DNA of 64,000 nt from Turneriella sp. (GCA_965279515.1 CBDIID010000003.1:2761097-2825096); one strand, 5' to 3'. Counted from the first letter of the stretch, positions 1 through 9,734 are shown. The notes: generated by a model not told the origin, from the sequence alone. Numbers and translations: made by a program.

Positions 1-41
1 CCCATGCCTCGCGGTATGGAGGGACGCCGTAAGGAGTGAAT

Positions 42-916
42 ATGTTTTCTGAAAGCAAATATGCAACCGCACGCAAAGACCGCGGTGAAAAAAAACTGCA
101 GGTGCGGGCGCCGAAATGGACCTTTGACGACCTGAATCCGGGGCGGATGTCAGTGTCTTTGCCCGTACCCTATTCCATGCGCTCAGCCTGGTTTTCCCGG
201 ACGGTGAAAGATTCTTTATCCGCAGCGTAAAAGCATTCCAGGATCAGATTTCAGACGCAAAGCTGCTCGGCGATATCAAGGCCTTTATCGGCCAGGAAGT
301 GCAGCACGGCAAGGTGCATGAGTACTACAACGAAAAGATTGTCGGCAGCCGCTTTGAGATCCAGAACTACCTCAAACTGCACCGCTGGGTAAATTATTCA
401 GTGATCGAACCGCTGACAAACTGGTTGTTCACGCCGAAATTTTCGCTTTCTGTCACTGCGGCGGCAGAACATTATACGGCGACATGGGCACACAATGCCC
501 TTACCGATGACCGCGTCAGAAGTATCCAAAGCGAATCGCTGCGCAACCTCATCTACTAGCATGCGATTGAAGAGATTGAGCATAAGCACGTGGCCTTTGA
601 TGTGCTGCGCCAGGTCGACGATGACTATGTTTTGCGTATCAGCGGTATTCTGTTTCTCGCGGTTACCATGCCGGCCTGGGTCGGGCTCGGGTTCATTTAT
701 CTGCTGGCCCAGGAAAAAGACGTGAAAATTGCGGATGTCTTGCGTGACCTCGCAGCGGATGCCTCGTCGGACAGCGGCCTCACCCGGCAGTTCGTCAAAG
801 CATTCTTCAGTTATTTCAAACCGGGTTTTCACCCGGACGATCTGGACGACGAAGGATTGGTTGCCGGGATTGCCGCGCAAGTTGAAAAAAGTATCGGCCG
901 GCCCAGCGCGGCTTAA
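42..916 (+). pseudogene. Disrupted predicted metal-dependent hydrolase (PF10118-like), with one frameshift and one in-frame nonsense codon
   Basis: RBS AAGGAG at 31-36, ATG at 42. The frame changes at the G-run near 140-144 (...DDLNPG / ADVSVFARTLFHALSLVFPDGERFFIRSV...FIGQEVQHGKVH). TAG at 557-559 sits where the family has W of WHAxEExEHK (LIY*HAIEEIEHKHVAFDV). The same frame continues to TAA at 916. Confidence 0.8.
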
Positions 917-923
917 AAACTAC

Positions 924-953
924 AGGGTTGTCTTTACAGACAACCCTTTTTTT
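924..953 (+). terminator. Rho-independent terminator
   Basis: Perfect 10-bp stem AGGGTTGTCT-ttac-AGACAACCCT followed by a T run, directly after the stop at 916. Confidence 0.75.
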
Positions 954-1852
954 CAGGTGCCGTATTCTGACAGCAGCGCGTCGCGGGCAGCATCTGGCCG
1001 CCGTTGGTGCTGCGTACGCATGGATTTTGACCGCCAGGGTGGAATAAAAACCGAAAGCACATACGTGCGAATGATGTACCAGACGAGGCTGCGTTCGATG
1101 AGGCGCGGATCGATCTTTCCGGCGATCTTGGCATGCGCTTCAGCTAACTGGCTCCAGTGCAGGCTCATCTGCTCGTGGTGAGCGGTATGAAATCCTGCAT
1201 TCAGTAACAGCCTGCTGCCGATACCCGTAAAATTGCGCGAATGATTCAGCGCCGAATCTTCGTCACAGTGGACGTGTTGCATATAATTCACCATCAGCAC
1301 GGCGATGACTGAAAATTGCGACGGTATAATGATACAATAGAGTGCTTTCTTCCAGTCGAGCAGCAATGCGCCGCCCATCCAGGTAATCCAGATTGCGTAT
1401 TCGCTGATATAGAAAAAGAAACGCGCTTTATCGTTTCTCCAGGCATGCTTCAGAAACTGGCTGGTGGGTGTCTGCTGGTAGATGGCGCTGATCACCGGAT
1501 AGGTCAGAAGCGTAAATAGATTGTTGGCCTCGGAAAAGCGCCAGGTAATCGTATAATCGCCGTCCTTATTCCCGAAACGGTGGTGATTCAGGTTATGCGT
1601 CGGAATCCATGCGTAGACGGGAAAGCCGTAGAAAAGTGTCAGCCAATAATCGGTCAGCCGGTTCAGCAACGGACTCTTCCACATGTTGTTGTGGTTATGG
1701 TTATGGGCCATGGCAAAACAGGGCGCGGCCATCAGCATTGCGGCCACGAACAAATAAATATTAAATTCGGGAAGGGACCAGTGCCAAACCAGAATACCCG
1801 TGGTCAGAATCATATAAAACACCGAAAGCAAATCGGCTTTAAAGCGTAACAT
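953..1852 (-). CDS. Membrane fatty acid desaturase family protein
   Basis: Three His boxes (HNHNH, HNLNHH, QHVH...HTAHH) and hydrophobic segments. AGGAGG RBS precedes the ATG at 1852, shorter than the ORF-track start of 1924. Confidence 0.85.
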   Translation of the reverse strand: MLRFKADLLSVFYMILTTGILVWHWSLPEFNIYLFVAAMLMAAPCFAMAHNHNHNNMWKSPLLNRLTDYWLTLFYGFPVYAWIPTHNLNHHRFGNKDGDYTITWRFSEANNLFTLLTYPVISAIYQQTPTSQFLKHAWRNDKARFFFYISEYAIWITWMGGALLLDWKKALYCIIIPSQFSVIAVLMVNYMQHVHCDEDSALNHSRNFTGIGSRLLLNAGFHTAHHEQMSLHWSQLAEAHAKIAGKIDPRLIERSLVWYIIRTYVLSVFIPPWRSKSMRTQHQRRPDAARDALLSEYGT

Positions 1853-2021
1853 AAGCCTCCTATAAAGATAAATCCATCGATTTATCTTTATTTGCCTGAG
1901 TGAGAGATCCAAACAACGCGTCAATTCCCGAACACGTCGCTGAAAGCGGCTTTAAATATGGATTAAAGGATAAATATCTCTTATTTTGATCGACAGAGTA
2001 TTTCCTTGGGATGTTTAGCCC

Positions 2022-3152
2022 ATGGCTATATCTGGTACGCTTGAAGCACTCAATATCGGCGCCGAATTCCAGGAGTCCTTGAAACAGTTCTGGATCAAGA
2101 ACGCCCTCAAGCTCGACATTCCCGTCATTGACCTGCAACATGTTTGGCTTGTTTATCTCATTATGGAGCTCGAGAAGACAAATCACGGAGCGCCTGAAGA
2201 AGAATTTCCCGAAGAAGATATTCTCAGGATCATGGGCGACCTGCTGGCCTTCGCCGCCGAACACTTCAGCGTCGAAGAAGATTTGTTCATGGCGTTTGAA
2301 CTACCCGAGGCGCTGGAGCACACCGACCGGCACCGTAACTTCGTGCAGTTCTTATCGCAACGCGCCAGTGAGGTAAAAGCCGGACAACGTGAATCCGTGA
2401 AGGTTCTGATCTCGTTCCTCAAGGATTGGCTGACGATGCACATTCTTAAGGACGACAAACATTATGCGGATTTCTACCGTGATAGTGGAGTAAACCTGAA
2501 ACAATATTTTCAGCGCCAGATCGAAAAACACGCTCTCACGATAGACCGCGGCCAGGTTGCTGTCTATAAACTCGTTTCAGAATCCGACGAAGTACGCGAA
2601 ATCGTCAACGACAACATCACAAGTAACGTCATCAAAATATGGAATGCAAACCACCTGAACCTGCATATTCCTATCATCGATTTGCAGCACCTGTGGTTGA
2701 TCCATTTAGTTGTCGAGCTCGATCTCGCGAGCCGTAGCCGCAATATGGGTAGTTCTGCGCGTGAAAAAATTTTCCAGCGCGTCGTACAGGGAGCCGTGCA
2801 ATATGCTCAGGAACATTTTTCAACAGAAGAGCGCATTATGCAGAAGTTTGCTTTCCCGGGTGTGCAGGCACACATTAAACAGCATGACGCCTTTCGTGAG
2901 TTTGTTGCACGCCGTGCCCAGCAGTACCGCCAGGGAGATTCACAAGCGGCGATTAAGTTAGTCCAAGATTTGCGTGATTGGCTGCTTTCGCATATCGCGA
3001 TAGAGGACCATAAGATACATCTGCACCTGCGTACTCACCTGAACGAAGTACAGAAATACGTGCGCGAGCTGATCAATTCAGGTGAGATAGCGATACGTAA
3101 GTCGCAGGTTGAGCTCTATAACCAGGTCTGCGGTCTGCAGCGCGTAGAGTAA
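2022..3152 (+). CDS. Tandem (two-domain) bacteriohemerythrin
   Basis: Two copies of D-x-QH...HFSxEE...H-x3-H...WLxxHIxxxD. Confidence 0.85.
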   Translation: MAISGTLEALNIGAEFQESLKQFWIKNALKLDIPVIDLQHVWLVYLIMELEKTNHGAPEEEFPEEDILRIMGDLLAFAAEHFSVEEDLFMAFELPEALEHTDRHRNFVQFLSQRASEVKAGQRESVKVLISFLKDWLTMHILKDDKHYADFYRDSGVNLKQYFQRQIEKHALTIDRGQVAVYKLVSESDEVREIVNDNITSNVIKIWNANHLNLHIPIIDLQHLWLIHLVVELDLASRSRNMGSSAREKIFQRVVQGAVQYAQEHFSTEERIMQKFAFPGVQAHIKQHDAFREFVARRAQQYRQGDSQAAIKLVQDLRDWLLSHIAIEDHKIHLHLRTHLNEVQKYVRELINSGEIAIRKSQVELYNQVCGLQRVE

Positions 3153-3171
3153 TAATTCAAAAGGCGGTAAA

Positions 3172-3417
3172 TCAGGTCTTGGGAATCTCAACGCGCGGTG
3201 GTGCGGTGCAGACATTCTTTTCGCCGGCCTTACTGCACGTGTGATGCCTCTGGCATTCGTCTGAGGTTTTACATTCGGCGCCAGCCTTCTTCTTTTTCGT
3301 ATCGGGTGCAGGTTCCATGAGGGCATCCGCGGCCTGTATTGGCGCGCCCGCATAGGCGCTGGTGACGCAAAGGACCAGGCCTGCGATCATGACGATTCTT
3401 GTGAGTTTGTTTAGCAT
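3172..3417 (-). CDS. Small secreted 4-Cys peptide, copy 2 (81 aa)
   Basis: GGAG RBS then ATG at 3417 (MLNKLTRIV...AYA|G signal peptide). Motif C-x5-C-x5-C-x8-C. Paralog of 3452-3694. The 140-aa ORF-track call is over-extended. Confidence 0.75.
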   Translation of the reverse strand: MLNKLTRIVMIAGLVLCVTSAYAGAPIQAADALMEPAPDTKKKKAGAECKTSDECQRHHTCSKAGEKNVCTAPPRVEIPKT

Positions 3418-3451
3418 AGTTATTCTCCCGGACAACGCGGATAATCCCCGG

Positions 3452-3694
3452 TTACGTGGGTGGAACAGGTAGTGGCGAGACTGTACAGACATTCTTTTCG
3501 CCGGCCGGACTGCAGATATAATGCCTTGGGCATTCGGTAGAGACCTTACATTCTTCACCGGCTTTTTTCTTTTTCGGATCGGGCGCCGATTCAATAGCTT
3601 CAGCCGCAGGTTTCATGGGCGGACCGGCAAATGCACCGGCGGCAACAAAGACCAAGGTCGAAATCAGGATATTTCTGGTTATCTTGTTCTTCAT
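3452..3694 (-). CDS. Small secreted 4-Cys peptide, copy 1 (80 aa)
   Basis: AGGAGA RBS, signal peptide ending AFA|G, KKKKAG-E-E-C-x5-C-x5-C-x8-C. Confidence 0.75.
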   Translation of the reverse strand: MKNKITRNILISTLVFVAAGAFAGPPMKPAAEAIESAPDPKKKKAGEECKVSTECPRHYICSPAGEKNVCTVSPLPVPPT

Positions 3695-3818
3695 GGTTCA
3701 TTCTCCTAAGGAAAAGCTACAGGGCATTCGACGATTCTAAAGGCGTATTGGGTCAATTTAATTTCCCTTTAGCAAGAACTTACAAGTCAAAACGAGCCAG
3801 CAGCAATATACTCCAGCT

Positions 3819-4682
3819 ATGGAAAACCGTAACGGCACCAATCCTGTTCGCACCGATCGCGTCATGGTGGAAGATACCTCCATCTACTACCGGACCAGCG
3901 GCAGCGGCACACCTTTACTGATGATACATGGTTGGCCTTTTCACGGTGAAACATGGTTGCCCGTGGCCAGCATCCTGAGCAAAAAATTCCGATGTTATGT
4001 CGTCGATCTGCCGGGTCTTGGTCTAAGTCAACATACCGATAAGACGGATTTCTCCTTCACTGCACACGCGCGACGATTGAAGAAATTTGCCGCGCAGGTG
4101 ATTGGCGGCGATTATTTCTGCATCGCGCATGATACGGGCGCAACGATTGCCCGCTATCTCGCGCTTGAGGATCCGGCGATGCAAAAGCTGGTGATGCTTA
4201 ATACGGAGATCCCCGGGCACCGGCCACCATGGATCGAGGCGTTTCAAACATCGATGAAACTACCCGGCTCACGCTTCGTTTTCCGGACTTTAATCCAGCA
4301 GCAGGCATATCTCGAAAGCAGCGCAGGGTTTGGCGGATGTTTTTTTGACAAAACGCGCCTGGATGCAGATTTCAAGAGTGCGTATGTCACTCCGCTTGTC
4401 GCTGACAGCAAGCGTATGGATGGCGTTGTGCGCTATCTCCAGGGTATCGATTTTAAGCTCGTAGACAAGCTCAGGGAATTGCACCGCCAAATTACGATTC
4501 CTGTGGAATTTATCTGGGGTGCGGATGATCCCACTTTTCCCGAAACCAACGCGCGCGGAATGCTGGATCAATTTCCGGGGCCTGTCGCATTTCATTCTAT
4601 TCCCAACGCACGCCTGATGCTGCATATGGAGCACCCCGGGTTGGTTGCACAGAAAGCCGAAAACTTTTTGCTAAATCGATAA
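3819..4682 (+). CDS. Alpha/beta hydrolase (epoxide hydrolase/haloalkane dehalogenase-like, Asp nucleophile)
   Basis: HGWP oxyanion motif, DLPGLG, AHDTG nucleophile elbow, WGADD, C-terminal His. Confidence 0.85.
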   Translation: MENRNGTNPVRTDRVMVEDTSIYYRTSGSGTPLLMIHGWPFHGETWLPVASILSKKFRCYVVDLPGLGLSQHTDKTDFSFTAHARRLKKFAAQVIGGDYFCIAHDTGATIARYLALEDPAMQKLVMLNTEIPGHRPPWIEAFQTSMKLPGSRFVFRTLIQQQAYLESSAGFGGCFFDKTRLDADFKSAYVTPLVADSKRMDGVVRYLQGIDFKLVDKLRELHRQITIPVEFIWGADDPTFPETNARGMLDQFPGPVAFHSIPNARLMLHMEHPGLVAQKAENFLLNR

Positions 4683-4707
4683 GCGTCGCTTCTTCGCGGC
4701 GCGACTT

Positions 4708-5310
4708 TCAGGCCAAGTGATTTTTTATCAGCGGTAGAATTTCCGCGGGCCGGTCGTGCACAAAGGAATGATCGCCGCCGGGTATGACGTGTAGGCTTGC
4801 ATTGGGCAATAGCTGTGAAAGGCGCTGCCCCACGGCAACGGGGCTGATGGGATCGCTCTCGCCCCAAAGCAAAAGAGTGGGATGATGTACCTTGTGCAAT
4901 TCATTGTCGTAGTGCGGTCTCGTTTCCATAATCCAGGATGAGGCTTCAGGGTATTCCCGCCGGTATTCAGGCCGCCAGTCGGCTGCACCCAGCGCCGAGA
5001 TATCTATGCCGCCCGCGGTGACAGCAAGCACCAATCGCCGGATCTTCCTGGGATAATTCAGCGCGACGCGCAGGGCAACAGCGCCGCCCATCGATTGAGC
5101 CAGCAAATCCACGGGGTCATCACCCAGGTTATCTTCTGCCATCTTTACAATATCAGCAAAACTATCGATGCCAGGCTTCGGAGGTTGATGGCCAATGCCC
5201 GGCCAGCCGAAATAGTGTTTCTGCCACTCTGCGGGCAGCAGGTTACCCAAAGGCTGCCAGAACAGGGGGTCGGCTCCTGCGCCAGGCAAAAACAGCAGGC
5301 GGTGCTTCAT
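4708..5310 (-). CDS. Alpha/beta hydrolase (Ser nucleophile)
   Basis: AQSMGG elbow, LWGESDP, GGDHSF. Confidence 0.85.
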   Translation of the reverse strand: MKHRLLFLPGAGADPLFWQPLGNLLPAEWQKHYFGWPGIGHQPPKPGIDSFADIVKMAEDNLGDDPVDLLAQSMGGAVALRVALNYPRKIRRLVLAVTAGGIDISALGAADWRPEYRREYPEASSWIMETRPHYDNELHKVHHPTLLLWGESDPISPVAVGQRLSQLLPNASLHVIPGGDHSFVHDRPAEILPLIKNHLA

Positions 5311-5430
5311 GACTGCGCCACTCTACGGGCAGACGAGTCTTCGGCAAAGTGTTTTCACCTGCTCGCAGGCCCTGCCTTTGACGGGTTGCCTGGGAGATAG
5401 TGGGTTAAACACCCTACTCATCACAACACC

Positions 5431-5883
5431 ATGACGGATTTGGAAATAATGAAGATAGCCTTTGAAGAAGCGAAGATAGCTTTTGATCGGGGAGAGTATC
5501 CCGTTGGCGCAGTTCTGGTGGAGAACGACCAGATTATCGCCAAAGCCGGCAACCGCTCCATTTTGGATTCAGACCCAACAGCGCACGCGGAAATTCTCGT
5601 CATTCGGGAAGGCTACAAGAAACTCGACAGAAAAAGCCTGAGACATTGCACTCTGTATACAACTCTGTTCCCTTGCCCCATGTGCGAAAAAACAATCGTA
5701 GAGGTCGGCATTCCCAGAGTTGTATTTGGGGCCACCACTTTCAAATGGATCCGGGAATATAAATACGTGAACCTCATACCGACAATCGCAGGACCAATTA
5801 TGGAGGAAGAATCCCGTGCTCTCTTTCAGAAGCGTTTGGAAGAAAATGGTCGCGACGATATCCTCTCCTACGAAAGCCAATGA
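5431..5883 (+). CDS. Zn-dependent nucleoside/nucleobase deaminase (TadA/guanine deaminase-like)
   Basis: PVGAVLV, DPTAHAE, PCPMC motifs. Confidence 0.85.
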   Translation: MTDLEIMKIAFEEAKIAFDRGEYPVGAVLVENDQIIAKAGNRSILDSDPTAHAEILVIREGYKKLDRKSLRHCTLYTTLFPCPMCEKTIVEVGIPRVVFGATTFKWIREYKYVNLIPTIAGPIMEEESRALFQKRLEENGRDDILSYESQ

Positions 5884-7043
5884 AAGCACATCTGTTGAAT
5901 TTTGACCCGACGCACTTTATGCGTAACCACTGGCAGCAAAAACCGCTCTTTGTGAAAAATGCGCTTGCCGCGGATTTTATCCAGCTGCGCCCCGCAGATT
6001 TGTTTAAGCTGGCGCACCGGCCTGAGGTGGAATCGCGATTCATCTCGCGGAAAAATGTGCGAAACCACTGGCGCTACCGCGCGGACGACGGCCCTTTTGA
6101 AAAACACAAACTCGCCGCGTACAAAACAAAACCCAACTGGACATTGTTAGTGCAAAGAGTGAACGAGTGGCTGCCGCGCGTCGACTTATTCTTTGAATAT
6201 TTCAAATTTATCGCGAACTGGCGCATCGATGATATCATGATCAGCTATGCGACACCCGGTGGAACCGTGGGCCCCCACCTCGACAATTACGACGTATTCC
6301 TATGCCAGCTTCAGGGCAACCGCACCTGGCAATATAGCCGTCGCGCATCTAAAGAAGAAAGACTTGAAACCGGCCAACCAGTGCGCCTGCTTACAGATTT
6401 CAAAAATGACTCTGTGGTCGTCGCTCGCCCGGGCGATATGCTCTATATCCCCCCGAAATTTGCGCATTACGGTATTGCTGACACTGAATCGATCACGGTT
6501 TCGGTCGGTTTTCGCGCTCCCCAGGTCAGGCAACTGATGGGTATCCTCCTGGATGGGGTCATGTCACAGTCAGGGGAACAATTCTATGGCGACAAAGGCG
6601 CAGGCATCGCGGGAAATCCCGGCCAATTGGATGAACAGGCGCTTAAGAAATTATTTTTGCTGGGAAAATCAGCTTTGGCATCGGGTACCCGGAACCTGAA
6701 AATGGAAACACTCAGCGATACTTTGCTGAGCGATCTGTCCGCCACGCCGAATGCACAGATTGCACGGCGAAAAAAAACCGCCTTAAGTGAGTTTAAATCA
6801 CGTTGGCAGGGACAATCCCTGCAGCGCAACCCGCGGAACCAGTATTTTTACCGCGTGGGCCGCGGCGGCGTGATCTTATATGCGGCAGGCGAAAGTTTTA
6901 CGCTACCAGCAAGTCTTGAGGCCGCGGTCGCCGATTTTTGCAATACGCGGATTTTTACCTGCACACCCGCGCGACTCAAGACGCGCGCGCTGGCTTTTTG
7001 GCATGAAATGTATGCGCTGGGTTTTGTATTTTTTCAGAAATGA
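5880..7043 (+). CDS. roxA: JmjC/cupin 2OG oxygenase, YcfD/RoxA (L16 arginine hydroxylase)-like
   Basis: WTLLVQxVNxW, GPHLDNYDVF (HxD), PGDMLYIPP..AHYG. ATGA overlap with the upstream deaminase. Confidence 0.7.
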   Translation: MKAHLLNFDPTHFMRNHWQQKPLFVKNALAADFIQLRPADLFKLAHRPEVESRFISRKNVRNHWRYRADDGPFEKHKLAAYKTKPNWTLLVQRVNEWLPRVDLFFEYFKFIANWRIDDIMISYATPGGTVGPHLDNYDVFLCQLQGNRTWQYSRRASKEERLETGQPVRLLTDFKNDSVVVARPGDMLYIPPKFAHYGIADTESITVSVGFRAPQVRQLMGILLDGVMSQSGEQFYGDKGAGIAGNPGQLDEQALKKLFLLGKSALASGTRNLKMETLSDTLLSDLSATPNAQIARRKKTALSEFKSRWQGQSLQRNPRNQYFYRVGRGGVILYAAGESFTLPASLEAAVADFCNTRIFTCTPARLKTRALAFWHEMYALGFVFFQK

Positions 7044-7489
7044 AATCCCGCATATACACGACAACATGGCAGCACGATGGCGCACGGCTGGGGGCTTTGA
7101 GACGGGAAGTTTTTGTCGTCGAACAGGAAGTTCCCGAAGAATTGGAATGGGATGAACATGATACGGCAGCAATTCACTTTGCCTGCGAAGATGGTTCGCC
7201 GGGTATTATCATTGCTACTGCGCGTCTCGTCATCGATACAGAATCTAACAAGGCGACAATCGGCCGCCTTTGTGTGGAAAGTAAATTCAGACGTCAGAAG
7301 CTGGCAACGCGGTTGATGCAGACGATTCTACAATATTGTGAGGACCGAAAATTTAAGATCATCGAGCTGCATGCCCAGCTCTATCTGAAAGCGTTCTATG
7401 AAAGCTTCGGTTTTTTTTCCCGAGGTGGTATTTACCGGGAAGCGAATATCGAACACATAACGATGGTAATGCAGCACGGCGAATACTAA
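7040..7489 (+). CDS. GNAT N-acetyltransferase (ElaA/YjcF-like)
   Basis: LRREVFVVEQ, IGRLCV..FRRQKLA, LHAQ...FYESFGF, EANIEHITM. Confidence 0.85.
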   Translation: MKSRIYTTTWQHDGARLGALRREVFVVEQEVPEELEWDEHDTAAIHFACEDGSPGIIIATARLVIDTESNKATIGRLCVESKFRRQKLATRLMQTILQYCEDRKFKIIELHAQLYLKAFYESFGFFSRGGIYREANIEHITMVMQHGEY

Positions 7490-7499
7490 GTGATTGAAA

Positions 7500-8171
7500 A
7501 TGAAAAATAATTTAGTGACCAAACGAGCAACGGCAAAACTGAGCCTAAAAACTGAAGCCAAAGAAGTTCTCAAACGGAGTACCTTGAAAGCGGTACCCGA
7601 GGATCTGCTCAATCTTCTTGTTGAGCGGGGAATATTTGCGGAATTCACCCAAGGATCAGTGATAAACCAGCCTGGTGACCCCATTCGTGTTGCGCTTGTT
7701 CTCTCCGGAACGTTAAGAATCTACTATGAACACGATGATGGCAGGCAGTTGACTATTTGCCGACTGGGTGAAGGCGATCTGGCCGGAGCCGTCTCCGTGG
7801 CCTCCAAGATGAATTCACTATACGTGGCGGCCGAAGGCCACGTGAAGTTTTGGATTATTCCGCCCGATATCCTTGAAGAAGTTCTTCGTAAATTTCCACT
7901 GGCTTACCGAGCTATGGTCGATGAACTCGGCAGACATCTGGATAGCGTAGTCCAGGAATGGATTCTATTCGCATTCTCATCGGTTGAAAACCGCATATTA
8001 CATTGGCTGGCACAAGTGACGGACAAGCAACGCTATATCAGGATATCGCAACAAGCCCTGGCTGATGAAATTGGCACCGTGCGGGAGGTAGTGACAAGAG
8101 CGCTGCGGCGTTTAAAAAACGAAGGGAAAATTGTGTCCGATAAATTTGGCATCAAACTGCCTGACTTGTGA
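7500..8171 (+). CDS. Crp/Fnr family transcriptional regulator
   Basis: N-terminal cNMP-fold beta-roll (VLSGTLRIY...LGEGDLAG). C-terminal HTH QQALADEIGTVREVVTRAL. Confidence 0.9.
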   Translation: MKNNLVTKRATAKLSLKTEAKEVLKRSTLKAVPEDLLNLLVERGIFAEFTQGSVINQPGDPIRVALVLSGTLRIYYEHDDGRQLTICRLGEGDLAGAVSVASKMNSLYVAAEGHVKFWIIPPDILEEVLRKFPLAYRAMVDELGRHLDSVVQEWILFAFSSVENRILHWLAQVTDKQRYIRISQQALADEIGTVREVVTRALRRLKNEGKIVSDKFGIKLPDL

Positions 8172-8182
8172 CTAAAGTCACA
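8167..8182. promoter_or_regulatory. CRP-type operator TGTGA-N6-TCACA
   Basis: TGTGActaaagTCACA, a perfect consensus, overlapping the crp stop codon and 56 nt upstream of the next ATG. Confidence 0.7.
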
Positions 8183-8238
8183 TCCCCAGCGTGCTTACGG
8201 TCCTTGCGAAAGGGAAAAAAATATGCAACTTGCGGGGT

Positions 8239-9168
8239 ATGAAAAACAAACTTATTTTCACAACTCTCTTATTCACTTCATGTATCACGATGGGCGATCC
8301 GCCACGTAAATCTGCGATGCTGCCAATGCAGCCTTCTCTTATTGAATGGCCGGAGGTTTTGAGGCGAAAAACACAGATTAACGATCTGCGGATTTTGAAC
8401 ACCGGGGCCGTGGAGGTTCCGTTATCCGGTATGCTGAATCTGAAAGATGCGCGAATGCAGGATGAAAAGGATCACCGTTTATTTGTCGATGTTTTGGCAA
8501 TCTGGTTCTGCCACGCCGACCGCGGTTGCTTTCTGATCGATAGCGGACTTGACGAAAGTTTTCAACGCGGGGGTAATCTGCGCGGTTTGGTTTCCGGTAA
8601 TTACGTAAGTAGTACGAGGCAGGAAAAAGGTCAGGATATTTTTTCGCAACTGCAACAGATCCGTAAACCTCTGGCCGGTGTTTTTTTTACGCATCTTCAC
8701 GGCGATCACACCTCAGGCGTACCGGCACTGCCAAAGGGAATTGATTTCTACGTAGGGGCCGGAGAAAAATACATTAACTATTGGCTGCTCTACTATGGAA
8801 ACCACCTGGACGCGGTTGATAAGTTGTACGAAATAGATTCGGCCCAAGGTACAATATCGCCGATTCTGGGAAGAGTCGTGGATATTTTTGGCGATGGATC
8901 ATTGTTTGCGATTCCAACGCCCGGGCATTCGAAGGCAAATCTTTCTTATCTGATGGTTACAGACCATGGCGCCTTTCTTTTCACCGGCGATGCCTCTCAT
9001 ACCTGCAGGGGCTTTACACTGGGCGTCGAACCAGGTTGGGCAGACGATCGCAAGCTTGCAATCGAGAGCCTGGAAAAGTTAAGGGCCTTCGCCAAATCAT
9101 ATCCAGAAGTGAAAGTAGTTTGCGGTCATGAAGATTCTGCTCTAAAACCAAATTGGCGTAGCAAATAG
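8239..9168 (+). CDS. Lipoprotein metallo-beta-lactamase-fold hydrolase (N-acyl homoserine lactonase-like)
   Basis: MKNKLIFTTLLFTSC lipobox; LIDSG, THLHGDH (HxHxDH), TPGH, TGDA, CGHE. Confidence 0.8.
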   Translation: MKNKLIFTTLLFTSCITMGDPPRKSAMLPMQPSLIEWPEVLRRKTQINDLRILNTGAVEVPLSGMLNLKDARMQDEKDHRLFVDVLAIWFCHADRGCFLIDSGLDESFQRGGNLRGLVSGNYVSSTRQEKGQDIFSQLQQIRKPLAGVFFTHLHGDHTSGVPALPKGIDFYVGAGEKYINYWLLYYGNHLDAVDKLYEIDSAQGTISPILGRVVDIFGDGSLFAIPTPGHSKANLSYLMVTDHGAFLFTGDASHTCRGFTLGVEPGWADDRKLAIESLEKLRAFAKSYPEVKVVCGHEDSALKPNWRSK

Positions 9169-9247
9169 GCAGAGGAATGATAAAATGGCGGTAGTATTCG
9201 CGCGGAAATCCTGCCGTTAGTGCGCCGCGTAAGGTTTGAGCCTAAAA

Positions 9248-9658
9248 TCAAACATGGATAACAACCTGCGCCGCTGCCTTCTTTGGCAGGTGCGGGTTTT
9301 TGACCCAAAGCGTTTTGAGGAATGCCTGTTTTTCCTTCTCGGGTAATTGCACGTCAAAAATCTTGCCGGTGGCACCGACCACAACGTGATCATGCTCTTC
9401 CGTATTCGAGTCATAGAGCAACACATCACTGCGCGCCTGCACGGTTTTGAGAAGACCGTGCTCGACAAACAGGTTCAGTACGTTAAAAACAGTCGCACGG
9501 GAAACACGGGAGAAATCCGCATTGACTTCTTTGAAAATCTCTTCGGCCGTAAAATGGCGGTGCTCGCCCAGCACATGCTTCGCAATCTCGAGCTTTTGCA
9601 GCGAGACGCGCAAACCCCGGGATTTGAGGAATTCGGCAATGTCTGCGGGCTTTTTCAT
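9248..9658 (-). CDS. Fur family transcriptional regulator (no CxxC; Irr/PerR-like)
   Basis: HFTAEEI, SRATVFNVLNLFVEHGLL, YDSNTEEHDH. Confidence 0.85.
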   Translation of the reverse strand: MKKPADIAEFLKSRGLRVSLQKLEIAKHVLGEHRHFTAEEIFKEVNADFSRVSRATVFNVLNLFVEHGLLKTVQARSDVLLYDSNTEEHDHVVVGATGKIFDVQLPEKEKQAFLKTLWVKNPHLPKKAAAQVVIHV

Positions 9659-9734
9659 GGTTTGCCTTCGATTTCAATATAATGCGATACTTAGAGTTTG
9701 TCTATTTTTAGATGAATGGAGACCCTGATTCTGC

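Noticed and set aside
5431-5883. Assigning tadA or guaD to the deaminase
   Set aside because: The motifs are shared by the whole family and the gene is 15 kb from the purine cluster; substrate cannot be determined from sequence
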